Source: Anaerolineae bacterium (GTDB taxonomy: Bacteria; Chloroflexota; Anaerolineae; Aggregatilineales; J027). Taken from it: 64,000 nt of DNA. The position numbers and the translations under genes are program-made. Of the stretch, positions 9,833-18,389 are shown piece by piece. Within the stretch, counting starts at the first letter, position 1. Each line of letters opens with the position of its first letter. The notes beneath the pieces were generated by a model. It was not told where the DNA came from. It saw only the letters and a program-made list of their open reading frames with translations, and did not search any database. The stretch spans positions 64,219 to 128,218 of the forward strand of contig JAJTXY010000002.1 in NCBI GenBank assembly GCA_021463865.1, read 5' to 3'.

Positions 9833-10436
9833 AGGATTCCTCCTTGCGGCCAGCATTTAATAAGCGGCGCATGGATTCGACGGCGCGAAATTGCATCGTT
9901 TTTATCGCCCCTATAGATTTCCCCATGATGTCAGCGGTTTCTTCAAGGCTCAACTGCTGTCCAAACCGCAAGACTAAGACCTCCTGTTGGTCGGCAGTTA
10001 GGCGGCGCATGGCCTCGTGAATAGTTTGGCTGTTCAGATTATGCAGAAAGATGATCTCCGGGTCTTGATCAGAGGGAGCAGCAAACCATTCCTCCAATTC
10101 AATTTCTGGCTGCTGCTTGAGTTTGACATGATGTGTGGCGATAACATTCCGTGCCACTTTAAATAACCATCCACGTAGGCTGTGTCGAGGGGCGTTGGGG
10201 CCGCGCAGGGCTTTTACGAACTTCAAGAATACCTCGCTGGCAAGGTCTTCGGCTTCATGGCGATCATTAACCCGCAGACGGATATATTCATAAATCGGTG
10301 GAAAATAACTTTCATATATCTGCATAACGGCGGCCTCTTGCCCTTGTCGTGCGGCGGTGAGAAGCGCATCTTCTTCTGGAATATCCGGCAGAACCAATAA
10401 GATCATAGGCCCCAACTTTGAACGGTTGATGGTCAA
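9825..10436 (-). CDS. ECF-type RNA polymerase sigma-70 family factor
   Basis: Sigma region 2 and region 4 sequence (LSLEETADIMGKSIGAIKTMQFRAVESMRRLL). Start is uncertain: TTG at 10436 or ATG at 10406. Confidence 0.8.
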   Translation of the reverse strand: MTINRSKLGPMILLVLPDIPEEDALLTAARQGQEAAVMQIYESYFPPIYEYIRLRVNDRHEAEDLASEVFLKFVKALRGPNAPRHSLRGWLFKVARNVIATHHVKLKQQPEIELEEWFAAPSDQDPEIIFLHNLNSQTIHEAMRRLTADQQEVLVLRFGQQLSLEETADIMGKSIGAIKTMQFRAVESMRRLLNAGRKEESYG

Positions 10437-10473
10437 GCACAGTGATTATAACGAGAAGTGCCACAACGGGTAT

Positions 10474-12015
10474 TTATTGTTGGGGCGCAGACAGAACCTC
10501 CCATACATAACAATTGTCATCACGATACACCATCCTAAGGCGCGGGTCAGCATCGGCAATGCGAGCAAAGTTACGGTGGCGGGTGTCACTGATGATATAA
10601 CGTGCCCCAAACTCCCCTTCAATGATCGCGGCAGGGTTTTCAACATCCCCCTGCGTGATGGCAACCCACTGATCCCATAGAGTAGAGTCAAACCGCTGCA
10701 TATAGGTTGGATCGAGTCCTACGAGATAACGATTATGCGTGTTGTGATAATACAGGTACGGGAAATCGTCCCAATCTGTCTGAAAAACTATCGAACCCGC
10801 TGGTGTATTTTCTGCCAGCCATGCCGATCCCCCGGCTAGATAATCGGGGTGGGTCGCATGGCTAATATCATCACGGGCGTTGATTACGGTAGTACGAACC
10901 ATCATGGCCGCAAACAGCACCACTCCTGCTGATGTGACATACCGTAATCCACGAATTTGTGGCAGCAGACTGAAAAAATCGGCGGGTTCGCGTCCCCATG
11001 CTGCCGCTCCACAAAGCAACGCAAACGCCGGGAAGTATTCGATAAATCGGCGTGATTGTAACAGCATGTAGAGCGTTAGGAGTGCAACCAAAAGTAGGGC
11101 GGTAATTATGTGGTCAGATCGGCGACGACTGAGACTTGACCACAATAGCCCCATTGCCAATAGAATAAGCGCCCCTTTAGAGTTATCAAGCAACTGCTCT
11201 GTCGTATAGGGATACCATTCATTGCCCACACGGATGCTGGTTTCAATGTCGGTTTTTGCACCAAGATGTTCACCGATAAAAACAAGGTTATCTGGGAAAT
11301 AGGGATTGATGACCAAGCCCAAGATGATACCAGCGATGCTTAAGGCGACGGGCTGCCATATGATTTCACGTCGTTCCAGCCAGACCGCCAACGCATAAAG
11401 AATCACGACGGCAGGCAGCAGTACAAATCCGTTGTATAACCATACAAACGCAAACCCGAGTGGCAGGATAGCCCGATAATGTCGCTGGAAAAGACAGTGC
11501 AACGTGATGATTAAAACCAACAGAGCCGCACATTGCGTTCGGGTCATGAGCAGGCGATAGATAAAAGGATTGGATACCCCTAGTAATAACAATGCCCACC
11601 CCATTGAATAGCGTACCCCAATGCCGCGCAGCAGTACCCACATCGCCACAAATATCCCTGCACCAATCAGCGCCGTTGCCAATTTCGCCCCGTCCATCCC
11701 ACCATAATGAATCCAAGGGGCGAGGTAGAGATGAAACAGTAAATGGTGATCCACGAAATCGTCTTGATTGAGGATGGTATAGGGTAGGGCCGTGAATTCC
11801 ACTTGCAAACGCTGCTGTTCAATCATTTGGTCAGCGATCCGAGCATGATAATAATCATCATTGCTCACAAAGCCGGGGGTTGCGCCCATCAACCACCACA
11901 AAATCACCAGCGTAGCGGCGAATAACAACACGCCTTGACCGAGACTCACCCATGAGGCGAATCGTAGGTTAACCTTCGAATGAGTAGAAGTAAAGGTTGA
12001 GGCATTCAGACTCAT
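10474..12015 (-). CDS. large polytopic membrane protein, GT-C-fold glycosyltransferase-like (PMT/ArnT/STT3-type), function unproven
   Basis: About 12 TM segments, an acidic DDYYH motif in the first predicted external loop, and a C-terminal soluble domain. The ATG at 12015 has an AAGGAAAG RBS. Confidence 0.5.
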   Translation of the reverse strand: MSLNASTFTSTHSKVNLRFASWVSLGQGVLLFAATLVILWWLMGATPGFVSNDDYYHARIADQMIEQQRLQVEFTALPYTILNQDDFVDHHLLFHLYLAPWIHYGGMDGAKLATALIGAGIFVAMWVLLRGIGVRYSMGWALLLLGVSNPFIYRLLMTRTQCAALLVLIITLHCLFQRHYRAILPLGFAFVWLYNGFVLLPAVVILYALAVWLERREIIWQPVALSIAGIILGLVINPYFPDNLVFIGEHLGAKTDIETSIRVGNEWYPYTTEQLLDNSKGALILLAMGLLWSSLSRRRSDHIITALLLVALLTLYMLLQSRRFIEYFPAFALLCGAAAWGREPADFFSLLPQIRGLRYVTSAGVVLFAAMMVRTTVINARDDISHATHPDYLAGGSAWLAENTPAGSIVFQTDWDDFPYLYYHNTHNRYLVGLDPTYMQRFDSTLWDQWVAITQGDVENPAAIIEGEFGARYIISDTRHRNFARIADADPRLRMVYRDDNCYVWEVLSAPQQ

Positions 12016-12047
12016 GGCTGTACTTTCCTTAGTCAAAAACAAAATTT

Positions 12048-12075
12048 CCCCTCCCCGTGTTTGGCAGAGGAGGGG
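12048..12075. terminator. GC-rich hairpin between the DUF5666-like gene and the membrane protein gene
   Basis: CCCCTCC (12048-12054) pairs with GGAGGGG (12069-12075). T-rich runs lie on both sides. Confidence 0.4.
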
Positions 12076-12102
12076 TTTTATTTGCGGGAGGATGTCTACG
12101 AT

Positions 12103-13194
12103 TTAGTCATCATCGCCACTGTCGTCATCACTGCCATTATCATCGTTATCGTCGTCGCTGCCGTCATCGTCGTTCTGGTTGTGGTCATCATCGCCACCGT
12201 CGTGATTTTCGTTGGAATTTGCGGTGTTCTGATTGCTCTCGTCGTCGTCATCGTTGGAGTTATTGATGTTGCTGTTGCTTTCATTTTCGCTCTCGTCCTC
12301 ATTCTCATTCGAGTTCGAGTTGTTGGCGTTGCTGTCGTCATCATCATCCGAGTTATTGGCATTAGTGTTGACGTTGGAGTTGGTATTGCTGTTATCGCTG
12401 CTATTGTCGTCGCCGTCATCGTCGGGGCGGCTGTCATGCAGTTCGAGTTCACGGGCCACTAGAACGCCATCCACCAAACTCAGATGAACCTTGACCAATG
12501 CGCCCTCCACCAATGTGCCCTTGATTTCAGCCGAGGCTATGTCAATTGTCAGGCCTGATACCACAATCGTATCGCCATCAATAGACGAGAGTGTACCAAC
12601 AATCTCAAATTCACCGGGGTGGCTGTCGTCACTGTTGTCATCGTTACTGTCGTCAGAGTTGTCATCTTGGCTGTTATCGTCAGTGCCGTCCTGCACTTCC
12701 CGCGCTACCCACGATTCTACCCCGGTTGCATCAGTCACCACTGACATATGCACTTTTACAATTGCGCCAACTTCCAAAACGAGGGCATCTTCCAACTCAG
12801 CAGTTGTAATGTCAATTACAAGCCCGCCAATGGTAAGGGAATCCGTATCAAAGGCTTCCACTGGGCCGATGATTTCAACCTCGCCGGGTAAAAGTTCGCT
12901 CTCTTCAACCGATTTCACTTCACGAGCGACAATCAAACCATCAGTTTCAAGCGTCCCTTCAACTTTAACCACTTCTCCGACGGCGAGGGTCGTGTTTAAT
13001 TCGGCGACACTGATGTCAACCACCTGACCGTTGATGGTCAGCGTGGTGGTCGAGAGCGCTTCAATCTCACCCACCAATTCGATTTGTATGACGTCATCGC
13101 CTGACTGAGCGTAGATTTTGGGTAGGCCGATGAGCGTTGCAAGCAAGAATGTTAAGGCCACTACCAATGCAGATCGGATAGCTTTGGATACCAT
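12103..13194 (-). CDS. secreted protein with three DUF5666-like repeats and a 111-aa Asp/Asn/Ser-rich tail
   Basis: Signal peptide MVSKAIRSALVVALTFLLATLIGLPKIYAQ. There are three repeats of about 55 aa (e.g. TLTINGQVVDISVAELNTTLAVGEVVKVEGTLETDGLIVAREV). The ATG at 13194 has a GGAGGA RBS. The domain name is from memory. Confidence 0.6.
   Translation of the reverse strand: MVSKAIRSALVVALTFLLATLIGLPKIYAQSGDDVIQIELVGEIEALSTTTLTINGQVVDISVAELNTTLAVGEVVKVEGTLETDGLIVAREVKSVEESELLPGEVEIIGPVEAFDTDSLTIGGLVIDITTAELEDALVLEVGAIVKVHMSVVTDATGVESWVAREVQDGTDDNSQDDNSDDSNDDNSDDSHPGEFEIVGTLSSIDGDTIVVSGLTIDIASAEIKGTLVEGALVKVHLSLVDGVLVARELELHDSRPDDDGDDNSSDNSNTNSNVNTNANNSDDDDDSNANNSNSNENEDESENESNSNINNSNDDDDESNQNTANSNENHDGGDDDHNQNDDDGSDDDNDDNGSDDDSGDDD
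12106..12438 (-). repeat. low-complexity Asp/Asn/Ser-coding repeat
   Basis: Encodes a 111-aa tail ending in ...GSDDDNDDNGSDDDSGDDD*. All six frames are open across it, which explains ORFs 12057-12487. Confidence 0.8.
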
Positions 13195-13368
13195 GTTATT
13201 CCTCCACAAGTGAGCTAGGGATTTTAGTTCATGCAGCTATACCGACCAGAATTTTGCAAAAAGGTTACGGGTAAATGTAGAAATTTCGAAATTGAGGGGT
13301 TCGTTCATCATGTTACCCCTGTGTACTTTTAGGTTTTGCCGCTGCAATTCGCCTCTTCTAAGAAATAT

Positions 13369-13397
13369 TTGACAAAAATTTTGAAGTGAGTTATTCT
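13369..13397 (+). promoter_or_regulatory. sigma-70-like promoter of the LacI regulator gene
   Basis: TTGACA (13369-13374), a 17-nt spacer, then TATTCT (13392-13397). The operator lies immediately downstream. Confidence 0.55.
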
Positions 13398-13401
13398 TTA
13401 T

Positions 13402-13417
13402 TTGAGAGCGCTCTCAA
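13402..13417. promoter_or_regulatory. LacI-type operator O1 (TTGAGAGCGCTCTCAA)
   Basis: Perfect 16-bp palindrome overlapping the predicted transcription start of the LacI gene. Confidence 0.7.
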
Positions 13418-13440
13418 GTAGAAATGAGCGATCACAAAAT

Positions 13441-14505
13441 ATGAAAAAATTGACTTTAGAAGAAGTTGGAAAGCTAGCTGGAGTTTCGAGGGCCACTGTT
13501 TCACGAGTTGTGAATGGGTATCCACACATACGCCCCGAAATTCGTGAACGGGTTCAGAGGGTGATTGATGAAACAGGGTATCGCCCAAACCTCCTAGCAC
13601 GCTCATTGGCCTCAGATCGTTCTAACATCATCGGTCTTGTTATCCCAAGCGGCGCACAGGCCGTCTTCACCGACCCCTATTTCCCCTGTCTAACTCAAGG
13701 TATCGCACGTGGTGTCAACAGCAATAACCTAACCCTTGCCCTGTTTATGGTGCATTCCGAGCAGGAAGAAGAACGTACCATTTTGAGTATCTTAGGTACG
13801 GGTTTGGTGGATGGCCTGATTGTAACCAGCGACAATAAGGGTGATGTTTTTATCCCCGAATTGCTAAAACACGATATGCCGTTCGTCCAAATCGGCAGGT
13901 CGCTCTATAGCAACCAAGTCTATCGTGTAGATACAGACAATGTTACGGGCAGCTACCTTGCCACCAAGCATCTTCTTTCATTGGGGTATCAACGCATCGC
14001 CACCATCGCCACCAACCGTAATTGCTCCGGTGATGATCGTTTTACAGGTTATGCCAATGCTTTTGCCGAATACGGAAGGACTATTGATCGCCGACTGGTC
14101 GCCTATGGAGACTACGGGCTTGAAAGTGGCTATCACGCGATGAGGCAGTTGATTCCACAGCGCCCAGATGCTGTCTTTGTTACGTCCGACACAATGGCTT
14201 TGGGGGCACTTCGGGCCTTGCAAGAAGCCCAACTGCGTGTACCAGATGACATAGCCATCGTCGGCTACGATGATTTGCCCCCGGCGGTGCAAGCCAATCC
14301 ACAACTTACGACCATCCGCCAACCAATCGAGCAAACTGGATTTTTGGCGGTAGCAACCCTAGTCAAAATTCTATCCGGCGAACCGCCCGAATCGCATGAA
14401 ATTGTTTTACCTGTTGAATTAGTGGTTCGTGCCAGTTGTGGTGCCGTCCGAACGAATGCTGTAGTGGCATCGGCACAAAAAGCCGATTATCGAGTCAATC
14501 CGTAG
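13441..14505 (+). CDS. LacI family transcriptional regulator
   Basis: HTH MKKLTLEEVGKLAGVSRATVSRVVNG plus a sugar-binding domain. ATG at 13441. Confidence 0.85.
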   Translation: MKKLTLEEVGKLAGVSRATVSRVVNGYPHIRPEIRERVQRVIDETGYRPNLLARSLASDRSNIIGLVIPSGAQAVFTDPYFPCLTQGIARGVNSNNLTLALFMVHSEQEEERTILSILGTGLVDGLIVTSDNKGDVFIPELLKHDMPFVQIGRSLYSNQVYRVDTDNVTGSYLATKHLLSLGYQRIATIATNRNCSGDDRFTGYANAFAEYGRTIDRRLVAYGDYGLESGYHAMRQLIPQRPDAVFVTSDTMALGALRALQEAQLRVPDDIAIVGYDDLPPAVQANPQLTTIRQPIEQTGFLAVATLVKILSGEPPESHEIVLPVELVVRASCGAVRTNAVVASAQKADYRVNP

Positions 14506-14524
14506 AGAAATTTTTTCTCTCTTA

Positions 14525-14540
14525 TTGAGAGCGCTTTCAA
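14525..14540. promoter_or_regulatory. LacI-type operator O2 (TTGAGAGCGCTTTCAA, 1 mismatch)
   Basis: 15/16 match to the O1/O3 palindrome. It lies 20 nt after the LacI stop codon. Confidence 0.6.
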
Positions 14541-14637
14541 ATACGCGCTTAGGTTCATGAGTTTAGAGTAAATCAAATAGTTGCAGGAGGTGTAAATGAT
14601 TTAAGCAGTGACATAGTGGGATTTTTTTAGAGTGCTA

Positions 14638-14653
14638 TTGAGAGCGCTCTCAA
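14638..14653. promoter_or_regulatory. LacI-type operator O3 (TTGAGAGCGCTCTCAA)
   Basis: Perfect copy of O1, 39 nt upstream of the substrate-binding protein start codon. Confidence 0.7.
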
Positions 14654-14691
14654 GTTGATAGTGTATCAGAGTCTTTAGGAGAAAAAATACC

Positions 14692-16104
14692 ATGCGTAAG
14701 TTTCGCTTCTTAGCGATAGTCCTTTTAGTTGCTCTTGTTGCTGTAGTTCTACCATCATCCGACAAGCCGGTTGTCAAAGCCCAAGATAAGGTTCAAATCC
14801 GTTGGTATGTCGGCTTGGGTGCTGGAACGGATGCCCCACTCATTGAAGCACAAAATAAGCTCGTTGAAGAATACAATGCCTCTCAAGATAAAATCGAACT
14901 CGTAATTGAAATCGTCCCGAATGCCCAAGCCTATGACGTACTTAGCACGCAAATTGCGGCGGGTAATGCGCCGGATATTGTTGGCCCAATGGGTATTCGT
15001 GGTCGCGCTTCTTTCCCGGGCGTTTGGATGGACCTTACGTCACTCATCGAGAAGAACAGCTATGACCTCAGTGACTTTGACCCGGCACTGGTTGATTTCT
15101 ATAAAGTCGAGGGTGAAGGTCAACTAGGGATTCCGTTTGCTGTATTCCCCTCGTTTTTGATTTACAACACGGCTCTGTTTGATGAAGCGGGCATTCCCTA
15201 TCCACCCAAAGCCTATGGCGAACCCTATGTGGATGCGGATGGCGTGGAACATGAATGGAACATGGACACTCTGCGCGACATCGCTATGTTCCTGACTGTA
15301 GATGCAAACGGTAGTGACGCCACGATGGAAGAATTCGATCCCGAAAACATTGTCCAATTCGGTTATGGCAATCAATTCACCGATGTACGTGGCCGTGACA
15401 CTCTGTTTGGTTCCGGCAACTTTGTAGACGCCGATGGCAACGCGGTCATTCCTGAGAATTGGCGTGAAGCGGAACATTGGTATCACAAAGCCATGTGGGA
15501 AGATTACTTCTACCCCAATGGTGTCTATGGCAACAGCGAATTGCTCGGCGGCTCCGGCGGGAACTGGTTTGGCACGGGCAATATTGCGATGATTACCATT
15601 CACACTTGGTTTTTGGGCTGGGGTACGGATGGTTTGGAAGGCAATTGGGATTTCGCACCTGTGCCATCCTATGAAGGCGTGACCACCGCCAAACTCCATG
15701 CCGACACCTTTGGCATCATGAACACTACTGCCCACCCCGACGAAGCATTTGAAGTGCTTTCTTACCTCTTAGGTGACCGCGCCGAAGATCTGACCACCCT
15801 TTACAATGGGATGCCTGCTCGTCTGAGTTTGCAAGAAACCTACATCGAACACTATATTGCCCAACTAACCGAAACTTATCCAGACACGGACTTTGCAAGC
15901 AAGAATTGGCCCGTTGTACCTGCAGGTCTGGCCTATCCTGACAACCCCAACCACGAAGAAGGAATGCCCAGTTTCCTAGAAGCCAGTGACCGTTATACCT
16001 CCTATACGCAAGAGGCGGATAACAACGCAGACTTTGATGTGGACGCTGGTTTGGATGCTTTACAAGCAGATCTACAGGCGATTTTTGACGCCCGCGCCGA
16101 ATAG
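14692..16104 (+). CDS. ABC transporter substrate-binding protein (oligosaccharide)
   Basis: Signal peptide MRKFRFLAIVLLVALVAVVL followed by family-1 solute-binding protein sequence. Confidence 0.85.
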   Translation: MRKFRFLAIVLLVALVAVVLPSSDKPVVKAQDKVQIRWYVGLGAGTDAPLIEAQNKLVEEYNASQDKIELVIEIVPNAQAYDVLSTQIAAGNAPDIVGPMGIRGRASFPGVWMDLTSLIEKNSYDLSDFDPALVDFYKVEGEGQLGIPFAVFPSFLIYNTALFDEAGIPYPPKAYGEPYVDADGVEHEWNMDTLRDIAMFLTVDANGSDATMEEFDPENIVQFGYGNQFTDVRGRDTLFGSGNFVDADGNAVIPENWREAEHWYHKAMWEDYFYPNGVYGNSELLGGSGGNWFGTGNIAMITIHTWFLGWGTDGLEGNWDFAPVPSYEGVTTAKLHADTFGIMNTTAHPDEAFEVLSYLLGDRAEDLTTLYNGMPARLSLQETYIEHYIAQLTETYPDTDFASKNWPVVPAGLAYPDNPNHEEGMPSFLEASDRYTSYTQEADNNADFDVDAGLDALQADLQAIFDARAE

Positions 16105-16208
16105 TTATCTCATCCCAAACCCCTCTCTAAACTGGGCAGGTTTGGAAAGGGGTTCTCTCCTAACTCCATGTGGGCTAGGGGGGAGATAAACCTCTCTTCA
16201 AAAGGTAA

Positions 16209-16241
16209 GGCAGATTCTGACGAATTTGGTCAGAGTCTGCC
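16209..16241 (+). other. intercistronic stem-loop after the substrate-binding protein gene
   Basis: GGCAGATTCTGAC / GTCAGAGTCTGCC. 13-bp stem with 1 mismatch and a 7-nt loop. No T-run follows. Confidence 0.6.
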
Positions 16242-16283
16242 ACAACCTTCATGCCAATTGCCAAATAGAAAGGATTTAGGACG

Positions 16284-17279
16284 ATGGGCGTCTCTCTAAA
16301 ATGGACACGTGTGGTACGGGCACAACCCCGATCAAGATTTCAGATGGGATTGAGAAGCATGTCGCCAGCGCAGCGCCGTGAAGCACGCTGGGGGTTAATC
16401 TTCATTAGCCCATGGTTAATTGGGTTTACGCTTTTTTACTTAATGCCAATGATCGCCTCGCTTATTTTTTCGACGTATGATTTTAAACTTTCAGCACCCG
16501 AAGATGCTCGTTTTGTTGGATTGGATAATTGGAATCGTATGTTGTTCCATGATTCCAATGTATGGGAAGGTCTGCGCATCACATTTACTTTCGGGACCGT
16601 CTCTTTGTTAATTGGCATGACTTCGGCGTTTCTGTTGGCCGTCTTGCTCAATTCCAAACATTTGCTGGCCCGTAATGTATTTCGCACTTTGTTTTATGCT
16701 CCAACGATGGTGCCGCTGATTGCAGCGATTGTCATTTGGTCGCGGGTTCTGAATCCTCAAACGGGTTGGTTAAATAAAATCATCGAGTCGTTTGGCATCA
16801 ATGCTGTAGGGGTTGATGGCCTGCGATGGTTGGATGACCCCAATTTAGTCTATTTCGCCTATACCTTTATCGGATTATGGGGTATTGGGAATGCGGTACT
16901 GATTAATCTAGCGGGGTTACAAGGTGTCCCAACGGAGCTTTATGAAGCCGCTGAGATTGATGGGGCGGGATGGGGTCGCCGACTATGGAAAATCACCATT
17001 CCAATGGTCAGTCCGATTATTTTCTACAACCTCATCTTGAATGTACTTGGCCTCCTACAATATTTCATTGTGCCTTGGGTCTTAAATCAAGGTAATGGCT
17101 ATCCTGAAGGTTCCACCCGTTTTTACATGGTCTACTTTTATAAACAGGCTTTTACCTTCCAAAACATGGGCTATGGCGCGGCACTGGCATGGATGCTGTT
17201 CATTGTCGCTTTGATTATCACAATGTTCCTGTTTACAACAGGGCGTTCGTGGGTCTATTACTCAAGTGAGGAGCGCTAA
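16284..17279 (+). CDS. carbohydrate ABC transporter permease
   Basis: EAA loop YEAAEIDGAGW in a multi-TM protein. Start is uncertain (16284, 16344 or 16359). Confidence 0.8.
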   Translation: MGVSLKWTRVVRAQPRSRFQMGLRSMSPAQRREARWGLIFISPWLIGFTLFYLMPMIASLIFSTYDFKLSAPEDARFVGLDNWNRMLFHDSNVWEGLRITFTFGTVSLLIGMTSAFLLAVLLNSKHLLARNVFRTLFYAPTMVPLIAAIVIWSRVLNPQTGWLNKIIESFGINAVGVDGLRWLDDPNLVYFAYTFIGLWGIGNAVLINLAGLQGVPTELYEAAEIDGAGWGRRLWKITIPMVSPIIFYNLILNVLGLLQYFIVPWVLNQGNGYPEGSTRFYMVYFYKQAFTFQNMGYGAALAWMLFIVALIITMFLFTTGRSWVYYSSEER

Positions 17280-17282
17280 ATC

Positions 17283-18362
17283 ATGGCAAAACGTTCGGGT
17301 ATAGAAAAACCTCTGTCGTCCTATCAGGCGGCTCGTAAACGCCGCAATCTGCTGATCCAAATGGGTATTACCCTGTTTGCTTTGGTCGTGTTGTCCATCT
17401 ACACCATGCCACTTGGTTATGGCGTCATGACCTCGCTCAAAACCAAAGATCAAGCCTCTGACCCCCAAGGCCCTGTTATCCCTTCCGAAGCCTTACAGTA
17501 TGAATATGAAGGCGAAAAATACGATGTCGTTTATGTCCCAACCGATGACGGCGTGCAAAAATGGGCTTTAATCAAACCAACGCGAAGAGTCAGCCAATTT
17601 ATTGACATCAACAACCCCGAGGCAGGCATTATTGAATGGGAAGGCAATTGGCGGGCACTTGAACCCGTTTTTGAGACATCGTTCCAATGGGGCAACTATA
17701 AAGAAGCGTGGGAAACCATCGAATTTCTCAAATTGCTAAAAAACACCTTCATTTATGCCTTTGTAACGATGATCGGGACACTGGTGGCCTCGGCGCTGGT
17801 GGCCTATGGTTTCGCTAGGTTCAAATTCCCCTTCCGCAATGCGTTGTTTATGGTCATGATCTCGACTATCATCCTGCCCCCAGCGGTGACCTTAGTGCCG
17901 ACCTATGCCTTTTTTGTCAAAGTGCTGAACTGGGGCGGCTCATGGTTGCCGCTGATTGTGCCGCAGATGTTTGGCAATGCGTATAATGTGTTTTTGCTGC
18001 GCCAATATTTTATGACTATCCCGCGCGAATTGGACGACGCCGCGAAGATTGACGGGGCTGGCCCCATGCGGACATTTATCTCCGTCATTTTGCCACAGGC
18101 CGTTCCTGCGCTGACCGCTGTCTCTCTTTTCCATTTCTTCTTTGCATGGAATGACTTCTTTGGCCCTCTCATCTATTTGGCGGGCAGCCGCGACCTACGC
18201 CCCATCACTGTCGGCCTAACCGAATTTAACGGCTTGTATCGCACAGAACCCCAGCTTATCTTGGCCGCCGCGACTATTTCAATGATTCTGCCGTTGACCA
18301 TCTTCTTCATTGCCCAACGGGTGTTTATTCAAGGGATTGTTATCACGGGTGTTGATAAATAA
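17283..18362 (+). CDS. carbohydrate ABC transporter permease
   Basis: EAA loop LDDAAKIDGAGP and a long first external loop. Confidence 0.85.
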   Translation: MAKRSGIEKPLSSYQAARKRRNLLIQMGITLFALVVLSIYTMPLGYGVMTSLKTKDQASDPQGPVIPSEALQYEYEGEKYDVVYVPTDDGVQKWALIKPTRRVSQFIDINNPEAGIIEWEGNWRALEPVFETSFQWGNYKEAWETIEFLKLLKNTFIYAFVTMIGTLVASALVAYGFARFKFPFRNALFMVMISTIILPPAVTLVPTYAFFVKVLNWGGSWLPLIVPQMFGNAYNVFLLRQYFMTIPRELDDAAKIDGAGPMRTFISVILPQAVPALTAVSLFHFFFAWNDFFGPLIYLAGSRDLRPITVGLTEFNGLYRTEPQLILAAATISMILPLTIFFIAQRVFIQGIVITGVDK

Positions 18363-18389
18363 TTCTTCCCAACATTGTAAGGAGTTTGT

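Noticed and set aside
10600-10760. The motif FQTDWDDFPYLYY in the C-terminal domain of the GT-C-like protein, read as a degenerate WWDYG oligosaccharyltransferase motif.
   Set aside because: Only W-D is shared. Calling this protein an STT3/PglB-type OST would be over-interpretation without a profile or structure comparison.
12057-12487. Several long ORFs on the + strand (69-133 aa) and an alternative minus-frame ORF (12096-12452), all rich in I/V/A or C/H/R.
   Set aside because: These are shadow frames of the GAT/GAC/AAT-rich low-complexity tail of the 12103-13194 gene. Their composition is implausible and they have no RBS. The same applies to 8865-9189 (+) and 9228-9473 (+), opposite the anti-sigma gene.
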